Assembly (NCBI GenBank): GCA_964035545.1
Contig: OZ037766.1
Location: 15,366,722-15,430,721 of the forward strand
Reading direction: 5' to 3'
Length of the DNA stretch: 64,000 nt
Source: Bugula neritina
Taxonomy: Eukaryota; Animalia; Bryozoa
The position numbers and the translations under genes are program-made. Below the pieces are notes generated by a model, which had not been told where the DNA came from, searched no databases, and was given only the letters and a program-made list of their open reading frames with translations. Below, piece by piece: positions 1 to 13,740 of this stretch (position 1 is the first letter of the stretch; each line of letters opens with the position of its first letter).

Positions 1-1489
1 TTGCCTTCTTTCACAAACTCACAAACCTTTTTATTTCTGAAGTTTTCTGTTTCAACAGCTACTCCTTCATCAGTTTCTCTTCGTTCTTTACTGATGCATC
101 TTCTATTTTTACTTTATTTCCAGTTTCTCCTTTTTTCTCTCTTATATGAGCACTATTTGCTGTTTTTGATTCTTCATATTTTTTGCCATCTCCCACCTTT
201 ACCTGTCTACTTCCTTTCTCTATGTCTGAAGTTTCAGTATAATCTCTCCCTCATCTAAATAACCTGTCTCATCATTCTTTCTATCTTTAGCTTTAGCTGA
301 GTCATCACCATATTTTTTTATTTCCTCTGTAAAACATTTCCATTTCTATTCTACCCTTTGTCTCTTCTTTTTCAATTATCTCTTTTTTCAAAGCTTTATT
401 GACCCTTTCCTGGCTTTTTCTTTAGCAATTTTACTCCTGTTTGTTTTTTCAAGTTCTTCCATTTTACCTTCTTTTTTTAACTTAATAAATCCTCTTTCAG
501 CTTTTTGATCTTCATTTTTCAAGCTCATTACTCTAAAAATTCATCCAAAACATGATGGTTGTTGACTTACAGTATTAGATGTTTAGTTCAGTCAGTTTTT
601 ACACTTCAAACAATATAATAGAGGTAAAACTTTGAATAGCAATATATGTATGACTAACAAACTTCTAAAGTACAAATACATAAAACTATATAAGCTGTCT
701 CGCATTATTTATTCACACGGTAAATCACACCTACCATGAGCATAAAATACCAGCTCAATGATACATATATCTACATACATGTGAAAGAAGTTTTCTATAG
801 ATTCAATCCTCATAACTCAATTGTAGATAATAAAAGGCAATAAGAACACACATTTAGGTTTCAATAAAGTAATACTGAAATATTTGTAAGAATACCTCCA
901 ATTTTTTTCCCAAAGCTATAGACTAAATTATTCCATAAATAGTTACTCAACCTCTACACATATTTTGTAAGTTATATTATCTAAAATATAACAATTGTTG
1001 TTTACGGTATTGCTTTGCTTTTACATCTAACTATAAGCATAGTGTGGTTTGGGATTCTCCAGTTACTAATAGCAACTTTGTGGGACATCAAATGCTTTTA
1101 GATTCTCAAAGTACATGCACACATTCTTTCTTTACCATGTCTAGTGTAATATCTGACATCTTAAGATAAGATAGTGTGAGACAAAATATGTTTCTGCCAC
1201 CAGTGGCCAATTATAGCTAAAACCTAAAATCATATTGTTTTTCTTCTTAACATGATATTGTAATGGATTCTCATCCTCTATTGTTCTGAAATAACTGCGT
1301 GCATCAGTATACTATAAATACTGTTGCGTATCGTTCTTAATGCTGTAATTATAGTTAAGTAAGCTAGCTTGCTAATGCCTAAGTATGGTGATTACTGTTA
1401 AGCTTTCAGCGTAATGTAATTTTACTGAAATACGCATTCTGAAGTTATGTAAATATCTCTTTTACTATTGTTGCTTTCTTTTGTGTGTG

Positions 1490-1619
1490 TCCTTGGTTGC
1501 TGAGATCGGCATTTCGGTCTTCCGAAATGCCGATATGCCGAAAATCGACGTTTCGGCATTTCGGAGTCCCGAAGTGCCGATATTCGGCATTTCGGAACCC
1601 CGATCTCGGCAACAAAGGA
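1490..1619. mobile_element. Short CpG-rich foldback/MITE-like element with internal TCGGCATTTCGG sub-repeats
   Basis: About 20-bp terminal inverted repeats (tccttggttgctgagatcgg ... ccgatctcggcaacaaagga). The interior is built of TCGGCATTTCGG / CCGAAATGCCGA copies in both orientations. No clear TSD. Confidence 0.55.
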
Positions 1620-2372
1620 ATGTCTTTGTCTCGCTTGTATATAAAAGCCAGCGAGTTCCAGTGTAGTTCAGACTACTACTGGAGCTCGCTGGTAGTAGGA
1701 CCACATAAGCTGTATCTGATGCAAATAAAGTTATCTTTCATTCGTACTCAAATACTTGGCTTATTTTTTCTAGAGCATGTAGGCACTAGTTGCATTCAAA
1801 ACCCACAGTTTACTACAATATCACTTTGACAAAGTTAGTGCAAACAATCAAAACTTTGGTAACACAGAAACTTTAGCATATGACAATTACTTATCTACCA
1901 GAAAAAGCCATTGTTCCCTTGTCTAAAATTATTACTTTTTCAAGTTTTTATGTCTAAATATTGCATCATCTGCCACTTCAACTGGCGAGTATGTTTAGAA
2001 TTTAGATAGATATCATACATATTACATGCAAATCCATTAAAGTTTGCCTTTTACTGCAAATGCAAATTGAATTGAAACTGCTAAAGATTGATAAAACAAC
2101 AGAATACATTTTCTGGTCAGATATTTTTAAAAATTGTACATTATTTATGGCTTATCTTAACAGTTGATGTGAAATAAGCAAACAAATTTTAATTTGAAAG
2201 CGAAAATGTATGAAACAGCTTTCTATTTTACAAAATATATTTAAGAAAGTTTGCAAATTTACATTATATTTTATTGCTAGTTATACTCAATATTGTTTAA
2301 TTACCGCTGCAATTTCTTGCTTTTCAAAATTATTTATGTGAAAATACAAAATATGATTTCTTTATGAAACTG

Positions 2373-2507
<135 letters not shown>

Positions 2508-2619
2508 GCCTAACTCCACATTTCCACATGTAACCATGCAAACATTCCACAAAATAGAGCTTTTAATATGGCCAATGCAGCTTGAAAACTGTACACAAAA
2601 ATAATCTTATACCAATTAC

Positions 2620-3122
2620 ACAAGAACACACACTAAAGAGAAACCATACGAGTGCCATGTACGCGACTTTAATTTTGGAGTGAAATACACTCTTACCCAA
2701 CACATGAAAACACATGCTAGGGAGAAACCATGTGAGTGGAGTTTAGACAGAAAAATCACATTACTAGTCACATAAAAATACATACAGAAGAAAAACAATT
2801 TGAATGCAATGTTTTCGACTATCAATCTAGAGAGAAATGCGCTTTTACTCGACACATGAAAAGACTCAGAGGAGAAAAACCATTTGTTTGTGAGGTTTGT
2901 GGTCATGCATTTACTGAGAAAGGAAATCTTACCAGACACATGAAAAGACACGCAGAAGAGAAACAACTTGAGTGCAGTGTATGTGACTGCAAATCTAGAG
3001 AGAAAAGTAGTCTCACTAAACACATGAAGACACACTGGCAAGAAGGTATTCAGTTAGCCTATAAACTCACTAAGCTGAGAAACCATTTTCTTGCCACTTT
3101 TGTCTTGTCAGGTGCATTTTAA
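2620..3122 (+). pseudogene. Degenerate tandem C2H2 zinc-finger array
   Basis: TGEKP-like linkers (HTKEKPYEC, HTEEKQFEC, GEKPFVC) and CxxC...HxxxH fingers. Several ligands are lost (ECHVRD, ECNVFD, HMKRL), and a frameshift/deletion near 2735 separates the first finger from ORF 2736..3122. Confidence 0.75.
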
Positions 3123-3572
3123 GAGCTGGTAGAAAAGTAACTATGTTTTCTCAATAAAGTTAAATTGATTTGTACATTTATATCTGGTAGCTATAACATA
3201 TTGTATTATTAGGTGAAAATGATCTACAAAACCCACCATCATGGAAGGTAGCCCAATATCTACAATTCTTAATGAATGTCTTTATAGTTGACTTAGTCTT
3301 TCCTACACAATTATATAGCAAATTTTTAATTTTAAACCAATCAGCAGCAAAGTGTCTTAATTAGAATCTGAGTTTCACTATTAGTCAATAAAGATATTTA
3401 TGTATTTAGTATTTATCTCAATAGCTTTTTCTTATATCAGTACTATTATTTTTTATGTAAAAGCTTCTCATTCAGCAAAATAATTATGAGTTGGGCTTCT
3501 TATATCTTCTGTTCATTATTACTGTGCTTTGAAAGAAAGCAATTATCCCATTCATCTTGTTTGGGCCTAGGC

Positions 3573-3876
3573 CAGGGGTGTCAGACTCTTTTAGAGTAAG
3601 GGCCACTGAAGTGGAATATTTCTGTGATGAGGGGTACTTTTCAAAACTTAGCTTGAGCTATGGGCAATGGCATCAGTATTTTTTAATTTACTTTATTTTA
3701 AACTCCTGTGAAACATTGCACATAATGCACATAATTATTGCAGACTGGTTTTGTAGCATTCATATAAAACGGTAGATTTTTAATCTAATTCATATATTTG
3801 TGTAAAATAATTTTATTAGGTATGTTTTTGAATACTACATAAATGTAAGCTGGGCTCCCCCCTGCATTCAGCCCTG
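3573..3876. mobile_element. hAT (Charlie-like) MITE
   Basis: CAGGGGTGTC ... GCCCTG termini, with an 8-bp TSD gcctaggc (3565-3572) / gcctaagc (3877-3884). Confidence 0.7.
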
Positions 3877-5131
3877 GCCTAAGCAAAGAAGATCATTTGT
3901 AAAAATATTCATTTCCCTGTGTTATACCTTTTATTAAAAATCTTTTAAACAGAAATAACCTTTTTTGAGATACTGGTTGTTTGCTTTGATTTTGCAAAAG
4001 TCTATAGCACATGTGCTACAATTCGCTTTAATACATACAGTGATAATGATAATTTACATGATAAGCCATGAAATAATCTGGTCCTTCATTCAAACAAAAG
4101 CATGATTTATACCAATTTTGTGAAAGCATTTTTAAACCAAACTCCGAGTAGTAATATCTGCAGATTCCTCACTATTCTACCTGGCCAATGAATAACTTGG
4201 TCATCTCTCTCGTCTCCAGTTGCTTATAATCCACTTTTCCGATGACATTGTTTGCCTGTCATTAAGAAGGTTTTCTATATTTTTTATCTTACCAACACCA
4301 ACTATGATGCTACATTATATTTTGCAAGATAAGATCGAATATACTAATATATAGCCTACATCATAAATTTAAGTTAGGCTTACTCTTTCTCAGAAACCAC
4401 AATAACAGTGTATGCCACTGATAGCATGCAATATATGTACATTGTATAGATACATGCATGTATATGTATAGATAGTAGATACATATATACATTTATATTC
4501 ATATAATGTATGTGTTGTGTGCGTGTGTGTATGTGTATCACTAGTAGATAGGCATTCTTCATTTTGTTGGGTCTCTATAGTTGCAGCTTCTGGTAGATGG
4601 TGTAGATGGTTTGAGCTCACTCATGCTATTTATTTAATATAATTTTATGGTTGCTAAAAGTAAAAGCCCCTAAAATTGTCATCATACCATTCCAAAAATA
4701 CTTAAATTTACTTACGTTAGTTCCTTATATATTCAATCCTTATAACCAGGCAGTGGATCAAAAATAACAATAATAACACATATAGCTTTTAATAAGGCAA
4801 TACTGAAATAGAAGTTGTCAGTAATAAGAACCTCCACTTTTTATTTTCTAAAACTATAAAATTATAAAATACATCTTTAATTTGATTGTTGAGGACAATG
4901 CAAAACCATAGGAATTTTACTGTCTTATTGTTACAAATAAGCTCTGCACATATTTTGTAAGCAACATTATCTAAAGCCCCACAATTGTGTTAATTGTTTG
5001 TGATATTGTTTAGTTTCTACATTCAATACATGAGTTTGAGAGTTGCCTTTTCCTAGTAGCTATAATGTTCGCTTTCAAATTTTCACTATGGACAATATAT
5101 ACAACTATATGACTATACTTATAGCAAACTA

Positions 5132-5416
5132 ATGGAAACTTTGCCTAAACAAGATACGGCTGGTAATTTACCAAATTCTGGGCGGCAAGGCACAAAAAAT
5201 TTGCCTTCTGCAAAGTTTCTTTATTGCAGGCAGTGTAATAGTTATGTTTCTGCTGCTGAGCCACATAATCATGAAAATGATGATGTAGATGAAACGACTT
5301 CACCTGTTGAAAAATTCGAATGTGAAGTGTGTTGTCAAACTTTTGAAAGTGAAACTGAGTTGAAAGAACATGTGGCTAGTCATCTAATAAGTAGATGGTA
5401 TACAAATATTCAATAA
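5132..5416 (+). CDS. Short zinc-finger ORF or remnant (one C2H2 finger plus a CxxC...HxH motif)
   Basis: FECEVCCQTFESETELKEHVASH is a C2H2 finger, with CRQC...HNH upstream. It may be an exon or a pseudogene fragment. Confidence 0.4.
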   Translation: METLPKQDTAGNLPNSGRQGTKNLPSAKFLYCRQCNSYVSAAEPHNHENDDVDETTSPVEKFECEVCCQTFESETELKEHVASHLISRWYTNIQ

Positions 5417-5521
5417 ACAATGTTGTGATGCCAAAAACCAACAGGACATGAAATATCATAAGAAAAATTTTATTGACAAAGGATAGCACCAAGTTCTTCA
5501 ACAGAACTGAAATGTCTAAAG

Positions 5522-5809
5522 CAGGGGCGACCAGCTAAAGGATATAGGACTTAGAAATTTCTCAGCAGTAGCCAATGGCAAACAATTCCACACACAAGTT
5601 TAAACCTATTTCTATAGGCAACCTACGGATACATTCAAAAATTGATGTCAATGTGAATAACCACCGCCTACAAGATTTTCCGTTCCTAACTTAGCTTTTT
5701 GGTGAGACTGTTGGCAAAACAACCAGTAGATTTTTAAAGAAGCAAAAAGCCATGCAAAACTATCAAGTGTCTAGAATTGCACTGCACAAAACAACATTGG
5801 GCGCCCCTG
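5522..5809. mobile_element. Old hAT (Charlie-like) MITE
   Basis: CAGGGGCG ... CGCCCCTG termini; degraded 8-bp TSD gtctaaag / ctttaaaa. Confidence 0.5.
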
Positions 5810-6400
5810 CTTTAAAATATCTCCTTTGTTACAAAAAATGAGTAACAAGGCAATATCATAAGGCAAACCACACATATTTAAAATAAGATTATGGGCCAAA
5901 AAAGGGTAACAATGATGCTGATAGCAAGACTTGTGTTTGTCTTAACATTATCACAGGTTTAACAAATATAATTTTTATTTACTAAAAAACATGTTTAGTA
6001 TATAAAAACATTTGAGACAAACTGAAGCACCAGAAACGATTATCAATAATTTTAGGTAGATTTAAAAACAATTTAGAATTAATCAGATTCAAACATGTAA
6101 TAAATAGTAAGCATAGTGAAAATGGTTAAAGTAATTAAAACAGCTGCTTTAAAAATAATGCGTTGTGAGAGATTTCATTGAACTAACACATATGATTTTC
6201 ACAGCCTTTTACAAGTCAATTCATAACCATTACAAAGTAATCCTAAAATATTACATCATTTTGAGGAAATTTGCTGCTTCACACTTCTCTACAATCCATA
6301 GAAATTACAAAAGTCAAACATTCAAAAACAAAAACTCAAGCAGATTTTTTTTATAAAGAAGCCACTTCAACATCAAACCAGTATTAGAGAAAGGTTTAGG

Positions 6401-9400
6401 CTACCTAAGGATGTGTCCAGTAGGCACATTGATGTAAGAGAGAAAGGCTTTAGTAGATGAAGGCAGGTGAAGTGATTGTATAGACTTGAGAATTTGGCCG
6501 CGAGGACTACATCTGAGCAGACAACTACGAATAACATTTCTACAAATCATGCTAAGAGGAAGAGGAGAGAATAACGCTTCTAAATCTCTGAGAAGAAGAT
6601 TTCTATAAACTGCCAATTCTGTGTCAGCGTCAGCAGGACCATCTCCTGAGCTTGATTGACTAGAACTGGAGTCAATTTCATCATCTTCTGAGGTTTCTAT
6701 TATGATCCTAGCATATACACATAGCAGGAGATATAGACACACATAACAGGATATCATAGCATATACACACATAACAGGAGATATAGACACACTACCGATG
6801 CCAATTGTAAAATACACATGGTCATACAATACACTTTACTTAAACATATGAAATTAGAATTGCCCTCTAGCTGCAGTTAATGTGTAACGATTAGTTCATT
6901 GAGAGGCTTTATTGTCAGAATATCACTTGAATGTTAATTTACTACGTATTACCATGCATATACATTATTATTGCTACTAACTTGAGTATGTTCTTAAGTT
7001 CTCTTTACATGAAAGAAACTAGAAATGTTACAGCCATTTCAAAAAGTACACATTGAAATCCTACTGATAGTGACAGCTCACCTGTCAGCCACAAACTTGT
7101 CTCGCCATAAAGATAGATGCTGAGTCAGCACGGCTCCGCAGTTAATAAAGTAACGGAACTGTGAGGGAGCATTACACTGTTTCTCTTCATATTCCACAAC
7201 GAACGCTCTTTGTAAAGGAGTTAGCCTCTCTTCTTCATCTCCTTTTGTGAAACTACAACACAGCATAGTATGAATTATATGATTGCATTATAATACACAG
7301 CATAGTATGAATTATACGATTATATTATAATACACAGCATAGTATGAATTATATGATTGTATTATAATAAACAGTGCAGTATACAGTATACACTATACGG
7401 TTGTATTGCACGGGCATATAAAGCTGAAATTAATGCTAGGAAGTAATAAAACATAACATTCCTGACTATTATTAAAATAACTATGACATGATTGAATTAC
7501 AGTTTGATATATCATATATAAGACAACTTAATGCAATGAAACAGATAAAATTGTTCACATATTTTTTGTTCAACAGCTTTTATAAGTTTGGTATGATAAT
7601 CACGCATGACCAGAGCATGTTGAAAAAGAGTCTGCAGAAGATAGAGAAAGAGCTACAGCGACAGCCGGAACTTACACTCTATTGAGGTCAGCACCAAACT
7701 GCACCATGAGCTGTATCGCAGGCCAGTACGACTGCAGACCAGCACTGGCAGACAACATCGTATCTCCGGCAACAAAGAGCAGGTCTGGGTCAAGGCCGTT
7801 CTCCAGCAAAATCCGTAAACTTGCTGGATACCATTTCACCAAGTTAGTGTGTATGACATGATGCCCTTTGGGCCCAACAGCATTGATGTCTAAACCTTTG
7901 TCAATCAAGTACTGAAGATGTCTGTGTAATAGAGAACAGACAAACTTATAACAAATTGATACAGTTTCATTATTTTTCCTGAGATAGGTAATGGAATAGC
8001 TTAGGGTGTAAAAATGCTACCAAAATAGAAATATTTAACAATATGTTGTCTAGGGGTCAGAGCGCTGGCTTAGTAAACACAAAGTCAGGGGTTCGATCTC
8101 CGGCAAAGGTAATTGGTGATGTTAGGAAGAGCATTCATTCATAATTGCTCTTGTGCCACAATAGTGTACAAGTCCTTAGTTCATTTAAAAAACCTTTTCA
8201 TCAGATTTTCTCACAAAAATGGCGACTATAAACCCACAAGAGTTCTTTCAAATATATTGATTACACTAAAGTAAATTTATCATGCAAGTATTAAATCAAT
8301 AAATTACCCGGACCAATGGAAAGCTGCTTCTAGATAGTCATAGGAGCTGATATCATAACCAACGTTGAGTTCATCCATCTTGTCTATGATATAATGAAGA
8401 AGACCAATAGATAGACCGTTGGCTAAACAAGGCATGACCACGCACCGTCCCTCAAAATCACACAGAGATAGATCGACTCCATAGCTAAGCAGAAGATCAA
8501 CTGTAGATCTGTCACCTACACAAAACACAGCGTAGTGTGAGTGTACAGTAGAGCAAATATTACATGTGAACAGCAACTACAGAGTACAAAGCAATAGTTA
8601 TTAAAAGGAAAATGTGACAAAGTAACAATGGTAAATAACTTATAAATTATAATACACTGGCCGGACTCTATTATTCATTGATGTTGTAAGAAAGTCTTTT
8701 GGATAAGAATTAATATTCTAAAACTGAAATATTAAGTGCATGCTGTCAATGCATCAGCTATAGCTAATGGGTCAGCATTTATTCCATACTTAGAGTATGT
8801 ATACCACACTATCTAGACGTGATGATGATAGCAACATAGCAATGAGTTACAGCACATGAAGTCAAGTGCTTTTGGAGTAAAAGTAGTTTGAAAAACCCGT
8901 ATTTATTTGCAGAGTTATAAACTTCAAGAGAAATACATGAGCTACCGACATTACTGCTTCAGGATAAAAGATGAAATATGTACAACACACAAATCATAAT
9001 TTATTTGAAGAGAATGCAGAAACTGAATAAATATGACTGGGCGTTGCTATAAGAATGTCACTAAAAATTGAATGAATACAGCATCCACAAGTACATCTCT
9101 GATGTTTCAAGTTGTAGCCTACCATTCTCTATAGCAGCAAAGAGAGGCCGACATGGTCCTTTACGTCTGCTAGATCGTCGGCTATCCTCAAAGTTGACGT
9201 CAGCTCCAGCTGCAAGCAGAATCTTTATTATGGCGGACTGGTCGTAGAGATGGTCTTTGAGAGCTTTTGATAGAGGTGTATCACAGAACACATTGGGCTC
9301 ATTCAGCTTAGCACCATGGTCTGTTAGCAACTACAAGTGTATAGCTATATATTCTACAAATGTTGCTAGGTCCTTTGTCATATATGTTATGTAGCATGTG

Positions 9401-12361
9401 GCAAAGGACCTAGTAAGATGAGGTAATAAGATGTGCAACAATAATATATCTAATATAAGCTATAGTAATAATATTGGGTAATAATTTATAAAACATTTAT
9501 TCTGCGACAAAGATTTAAAAAAATCACACAGTTGAGTTCATGAAAATATTTAGAGCATTACTACTGTTACATCCAATCCACATTAAGAGCAATCACAGGA
9601 TCTGTGATGAATTATGTAGTGATTGGAAGGTGAGTGACTGGAAGGTGAGTGACTGGAAGGTGAGGGATACAAGGTGAGTGATACAAGGTGAGTGATACAA
9701 GGTGAGTGATACAAGGTGAGTGATACAAGGTGAGTGATGCAAGGTGAGTGATGCAAGGTGAGGGATACAAGGTGAGTGATACAAGGTGAGTGATACAAGG
9801 TGAGTGATACAAAGCATCAGCTGAGCGACAAGGAATGAACCAGAAATTAAACTCACCTGAACGATAGCTGCATTCCCTGTAGCAACAGCATAGTGTAATG
9901 GAGTATTTTTCTCGATAGAATTTACGATGTCGATATCTACAGTATTATTAAGTAGCTGGGAGCTTTTATTAAACTCTAACAATAGAGAGATTGAATCAGT
10001 GCTCTTCTGTAAGATGAGCATATGGAGGAGGCATCCATTGAATGGAGGACCAAGGCAGCAGTTTACCTGCAAGATTACACAACATTCCTTATTCCAAGAT
10101 GATTGAATTTATACACACTTGACTCATGTGACACTAAAACTTGCATCTGAAACAGAAAAAACCAGCAATAACAAAATTTTGTTTCCAGTTAAAATTTAAC
10201 CAGAGTCTATTCACTTACAAAATATATTTCAACAAAAATGTTATAGACCAAAAATCTTGTTGTGAAAATTACATGTATGTATGTGTAAAAATAGACAAGT
10301 TCACAAAGATAGAATATATGAGAATATCTAAACAAGTTTTCTTCTCGAGAAGACAACTGTTGCTAGTTCCGATAGTTCAAATTAGAATTTATACAGTTTA
10401 CAAAACTATCATTACAACATACATCAGCACCAGCTTCAAAGAGTGTTGTTATCAAACTCCGCTTTACTTGTAAATGTTCTGTAACTTCATCTTCACTTTC
10501 ACTTGATGCCTTAGGCCTTGGTAAAAGACAAGCGTGGGCGAGAGGGGTAATGTTATTACGGTCCTTAATGTTAACATTACAACCTTCAGCAATCATGGCA
10601 TCTACTACCTATATTGGAAAGCAAAGAGTTCTCACATTGATCAGGTACAGTTTTAACAACTAGCTAATAAGTTTTTCATTTTAATTTTACTGAATTAGCT
10701 GCTGGGACAACACATGGATGCATGTTTTAGAGTTTTCGCATTGATCATATTGGAATAGCATTATAAATTTATAGTTATCAAAATGATTAAAACTTCTTAA
10801 AATTTACCACTGATTAAAAAAAATGCTACAAAACTGGTCAGTTTAGTTAGTTTTATGAAACCAAGACAAACAAGCTGGCTTGCTGATTCTAAGCAACACA
10901 ATGTTTACAAAACTGTATTACAAACTGTGAGAATACATTCTATAACGCGAAAAAAACGGAATGTCTAAAAAATCATAATTTTTCTTAGACAATGTGCTTA
11001 AACGAGGCATTATCAGACAGAGTGTATTTTCTGATGCACAGAATTTTAATGGAGTAGATGTAGTCAATCTCGAGCTTACTAATGATATGCTAGGTTGTAG
11101 AAAACATTCAACTACTCTTAAAACACTGTACAAATCATACAATCTACATTCTGCAAAACAAGCATATAACAAAAACTTTACTTCTTGTTGTTGATGCTCA
11201 ATGGCTGTAGCAAGAAGGGAGAATCCGGTGACGGAATTTAGACAGTCTACTTTGGCTCCTTTAGATAAAAGAAGGAGACTGATATCTGCAGTGGAGCACT
11301 TGCGTAGAGCTAAACTCAACGGCATCTCATCATCATAATCCCTGGACAGATTAGGATCAAACATTTTAAACAGATAAGAAGTTATATGTCACAAATACAT
11401 GTAGCAGCAACTAACAGGTTTTAGAACTGTCAAAGTCTAGTTACTAGCACATAATGCACTGATAGAGCATGCAAAATCTAAAGTTTAAACCTAACTCTAT
11501 GTATTAATTAAAGATAAAAAATAAATGCTTATAGTCATTGTGCTAGAAAATTTGTTTCTTTGACAAAGCTAGATGCCTAACAAATAATTTGTAAAATACA
11601 CCTTTAAATGCTCGATTTTTCCAGCAGTAACGTCTTCTCAACTTATTCAATGTATAGGATGATCAAAAATATGTTGTTTTCAAATCAACAACATGCAAAA
11701 TGAGCAGATATTAAATATTTTAAACTACAACGAATAAAAGCATACCTACAGTTCACATCACATTTACTATCAGATACCAATATCTTCACTATGTCTATAC
11801 TGTTATTCCTTACAGCTACACTCAGTGGAGTACCAAACATGGTTTGCTGATTTATATTCTCCCCAGCTTCAAGTAGCTCCTGTAAACAATTAAGCAAATA
11901 GAAATAAAAAACAAACAGAAACAAAATGATTGCAAAATTACCATTTTTAAAAATATATATTCAATGAAAAATTTAGTTGCACATTTAAAAGTATAATTGT
12001 TTCTATTTGGCAAACAAAACACTAATTGCGATCAAATTGAATCCAGAAGCTGACGGAATTTCGAAGAACTGTATTTAAAATCTGAAAATTTATAACACAA
12101 AACTGATTCAATTAAGCAATCATTATTACCAATGACAGGCTGCAGTTAGGTCATTGGTGTTTGATAGAAATGTTTAAAAATAAAGTTGAGTCCTAAACTC
12201 ACCTTTAACAATGCAATATCATGATTATTAATAGCATCAATCAGTTGAGATGCACCTAATAAATCAAACGATGTCAATTTCTTAGAACTTTTCTCTCTGG
12301 ACAATGTTAAGAATTCTGGCATTGGTGGGGGAGGTGGTGGTGGTGGTGGTATAAAGGCCAT
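6401..12361 (-). CDS. Ankyrin repeat and SOCS box protein (ASB-like), 10 coding exons, ~662 aa
   Basis: Phase-consistent GT-AG exons: 12361-12203, 11879-11746, 11341-11182, 10608-10423, 10066-9857, 9330-9123, 8515-8308, 7921-7676, 7252-7082, 6707-6401 (1989 nt). Ankyrin motifs include GTPLSVAV, NTPLHYAVATGN, DTPLSKAL and GADVN. There is an N-terminal polyproline and a C-terminal SOCS box (PLPLSMICRNVIR...IQSLHLPSSTKAFL). An AG acceptor directly before the ATG implies an upstream 5'UTR exon. Confidence 0.92.
7258..7368. repeat. 37-bp tandem repeat, 3 copies (ASB intron, next to an acceptor)
   Basis: acacagcatagtatgaattatatgattgcattataat repeated three times with few substitutions. Confidence 0.9.
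8045..8247 (+). mobile_element. tRNA-derived SINE (diverged copy)
   Basis: A/B-box-like head (gtctaggggt...ggttcgatctcc) and a body (gatgttaggaagagcat...cataattgc...gactataaac) shared with the copies at 30527, 42043 and 62345. Confidence 0.75.
9619..9812. repeat. 14/15-bp minisatellite (GATACAAGGTGAGT), 13 copies
   Basis: Direct tandem array in the ASB intron 9856-9331. Confidence 0.95.
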
Positions 12362-12394
12362 CTATCTAAAATCTTTTAAAATTAAATTAACTTC

Positions 12395-13500
12395 TCTACA
12401 ACAGACAACATGGATTCAGAAAAGGCATGTCTTGTGAAACACAACTCTGTGCCATATACCATGAGCTAGCAAAAACTAAGGAAACAATGAAAACAACACA
12501 CGCTGCGGTACTTGATTTTAGGAAGGCTTTTGACAAGGTGTCTCATGCTTTACTAATGTAAAAACTGAAACTAATACCAGAAATACACCCACAACTAGTA
12601 AAATGGATTCAAGATTTTTTGACATATAGAAAACAAAAAGTAGTTATTGAAGGAACATTTTCCTCGGAGTTAGAAGTGACCTCTGGGGTTCAACAAGGTT
12701 CAGTCCTAGGTACAAAACTATTTTTGCTATACATTAATGATCTTCCACTAAAATTAAACTGCAGTGTAAGCGTTTATGCTGATGATACCCCTCTGTACTA
12801 AGCTGTTGCCACAAAGAAAGATGCTGTGAGATTTCAGGACAACATCAATGCGGTACACAAATGGTCAGTTGATTGGAAAATGCCTTTTAACGAAGGTAAA
12901 TGCAAAATCATAGCTTTCGGCAATCAAAATTACAGACCTCTGCACAAGCTAGGAGAGGTAGAAATGGATTGGGTAGACACAACAACATACCTGGAGGTTG
13001 TAATGCAGTCAAACCTCATTATTATTAGCATATTACACTTAAAAATGATAAAGCCTCAATAATTCTGGGAGCAATTAAACTCATCCTACATGAGGTCCCG
13101 AGGGAAGGTAAGCTACTTGCTGACACTGGTTTGTGCCATCTCATATCGTGTGGAATGCAACACTAGTTCTGGAAATGCTACAGCAAAGGGCGGTTAAGTT
13201 TATTACTGGATTAAAGGGACGAGAAAGTGTCACTGAGGCATGCTCTCAGCTTGGCCTTCAGCCTCTCAAACAGAGGTGGAAGACTCACCGACTAAATCTT
13301 TTTATGAAAACTTTGCAGGGAGAAGAACACTTAATATGGCAATAGCATATGATGAAATTGCACGAGATTGCCAAAATATGGTAATAACCACTAGGTCTGC
13401 TGCTCGCGGTGAGCTAACATCTATATATGCAAACTCACAAGTATACCCTGTTAGTATCTTACCAAGAACCATTAGAGGCACCACAGAGACCATATAAAAA
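12395..13500 (+). mobile_element. Decayed CR1/L2-group LINE reverse-transcriptase fragment
   Basis: RT motifs [52 protein letters not shown] and WKMPFN..KCK, broken by stops and frameshifts. Confidence 0.88.
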
Positions 13501-13740
13501 TCAACACAATTACCACTTAACCTGTAGTATACACTGTAAAATAAATGAGGCACTTCTATAACATTGAGTGTTTCCAAGTGCTCTATGTCTTCATTCATTC
13601 ATTATGCAGTTAAAGCTATATTATTATTATTATTATTATTATAAGAATTATTATCATTATGAGTTTTTCCTTTTAGGTTTGCTTCCAAACCATAGGCTTT
13701 TATTTTTAATACTAATAATATAATAATAATAATAATAATA

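Noticed and set aside
1-540. K/E-rich coiled-coil-like coding sequence on the minus strand, and ORF 1..258 (+)
   Set aside because: The minus-strand frame I read has multiple stops and no family is recognisable. The + ORF is a hydrophobic artefact of pyrimidine-rich sequence.
1465-1829. Three overlapping short ORFs
   Set aside because: They arise from the GC-rich inverted-repeat element and have no domain or splice support.
9583-9812. Overlapping ORFs with HSPCITHLVSLTL repeats
   Set aside because: They are translations of the intronic minisatellite; the real exon ends at the donor at 9857.
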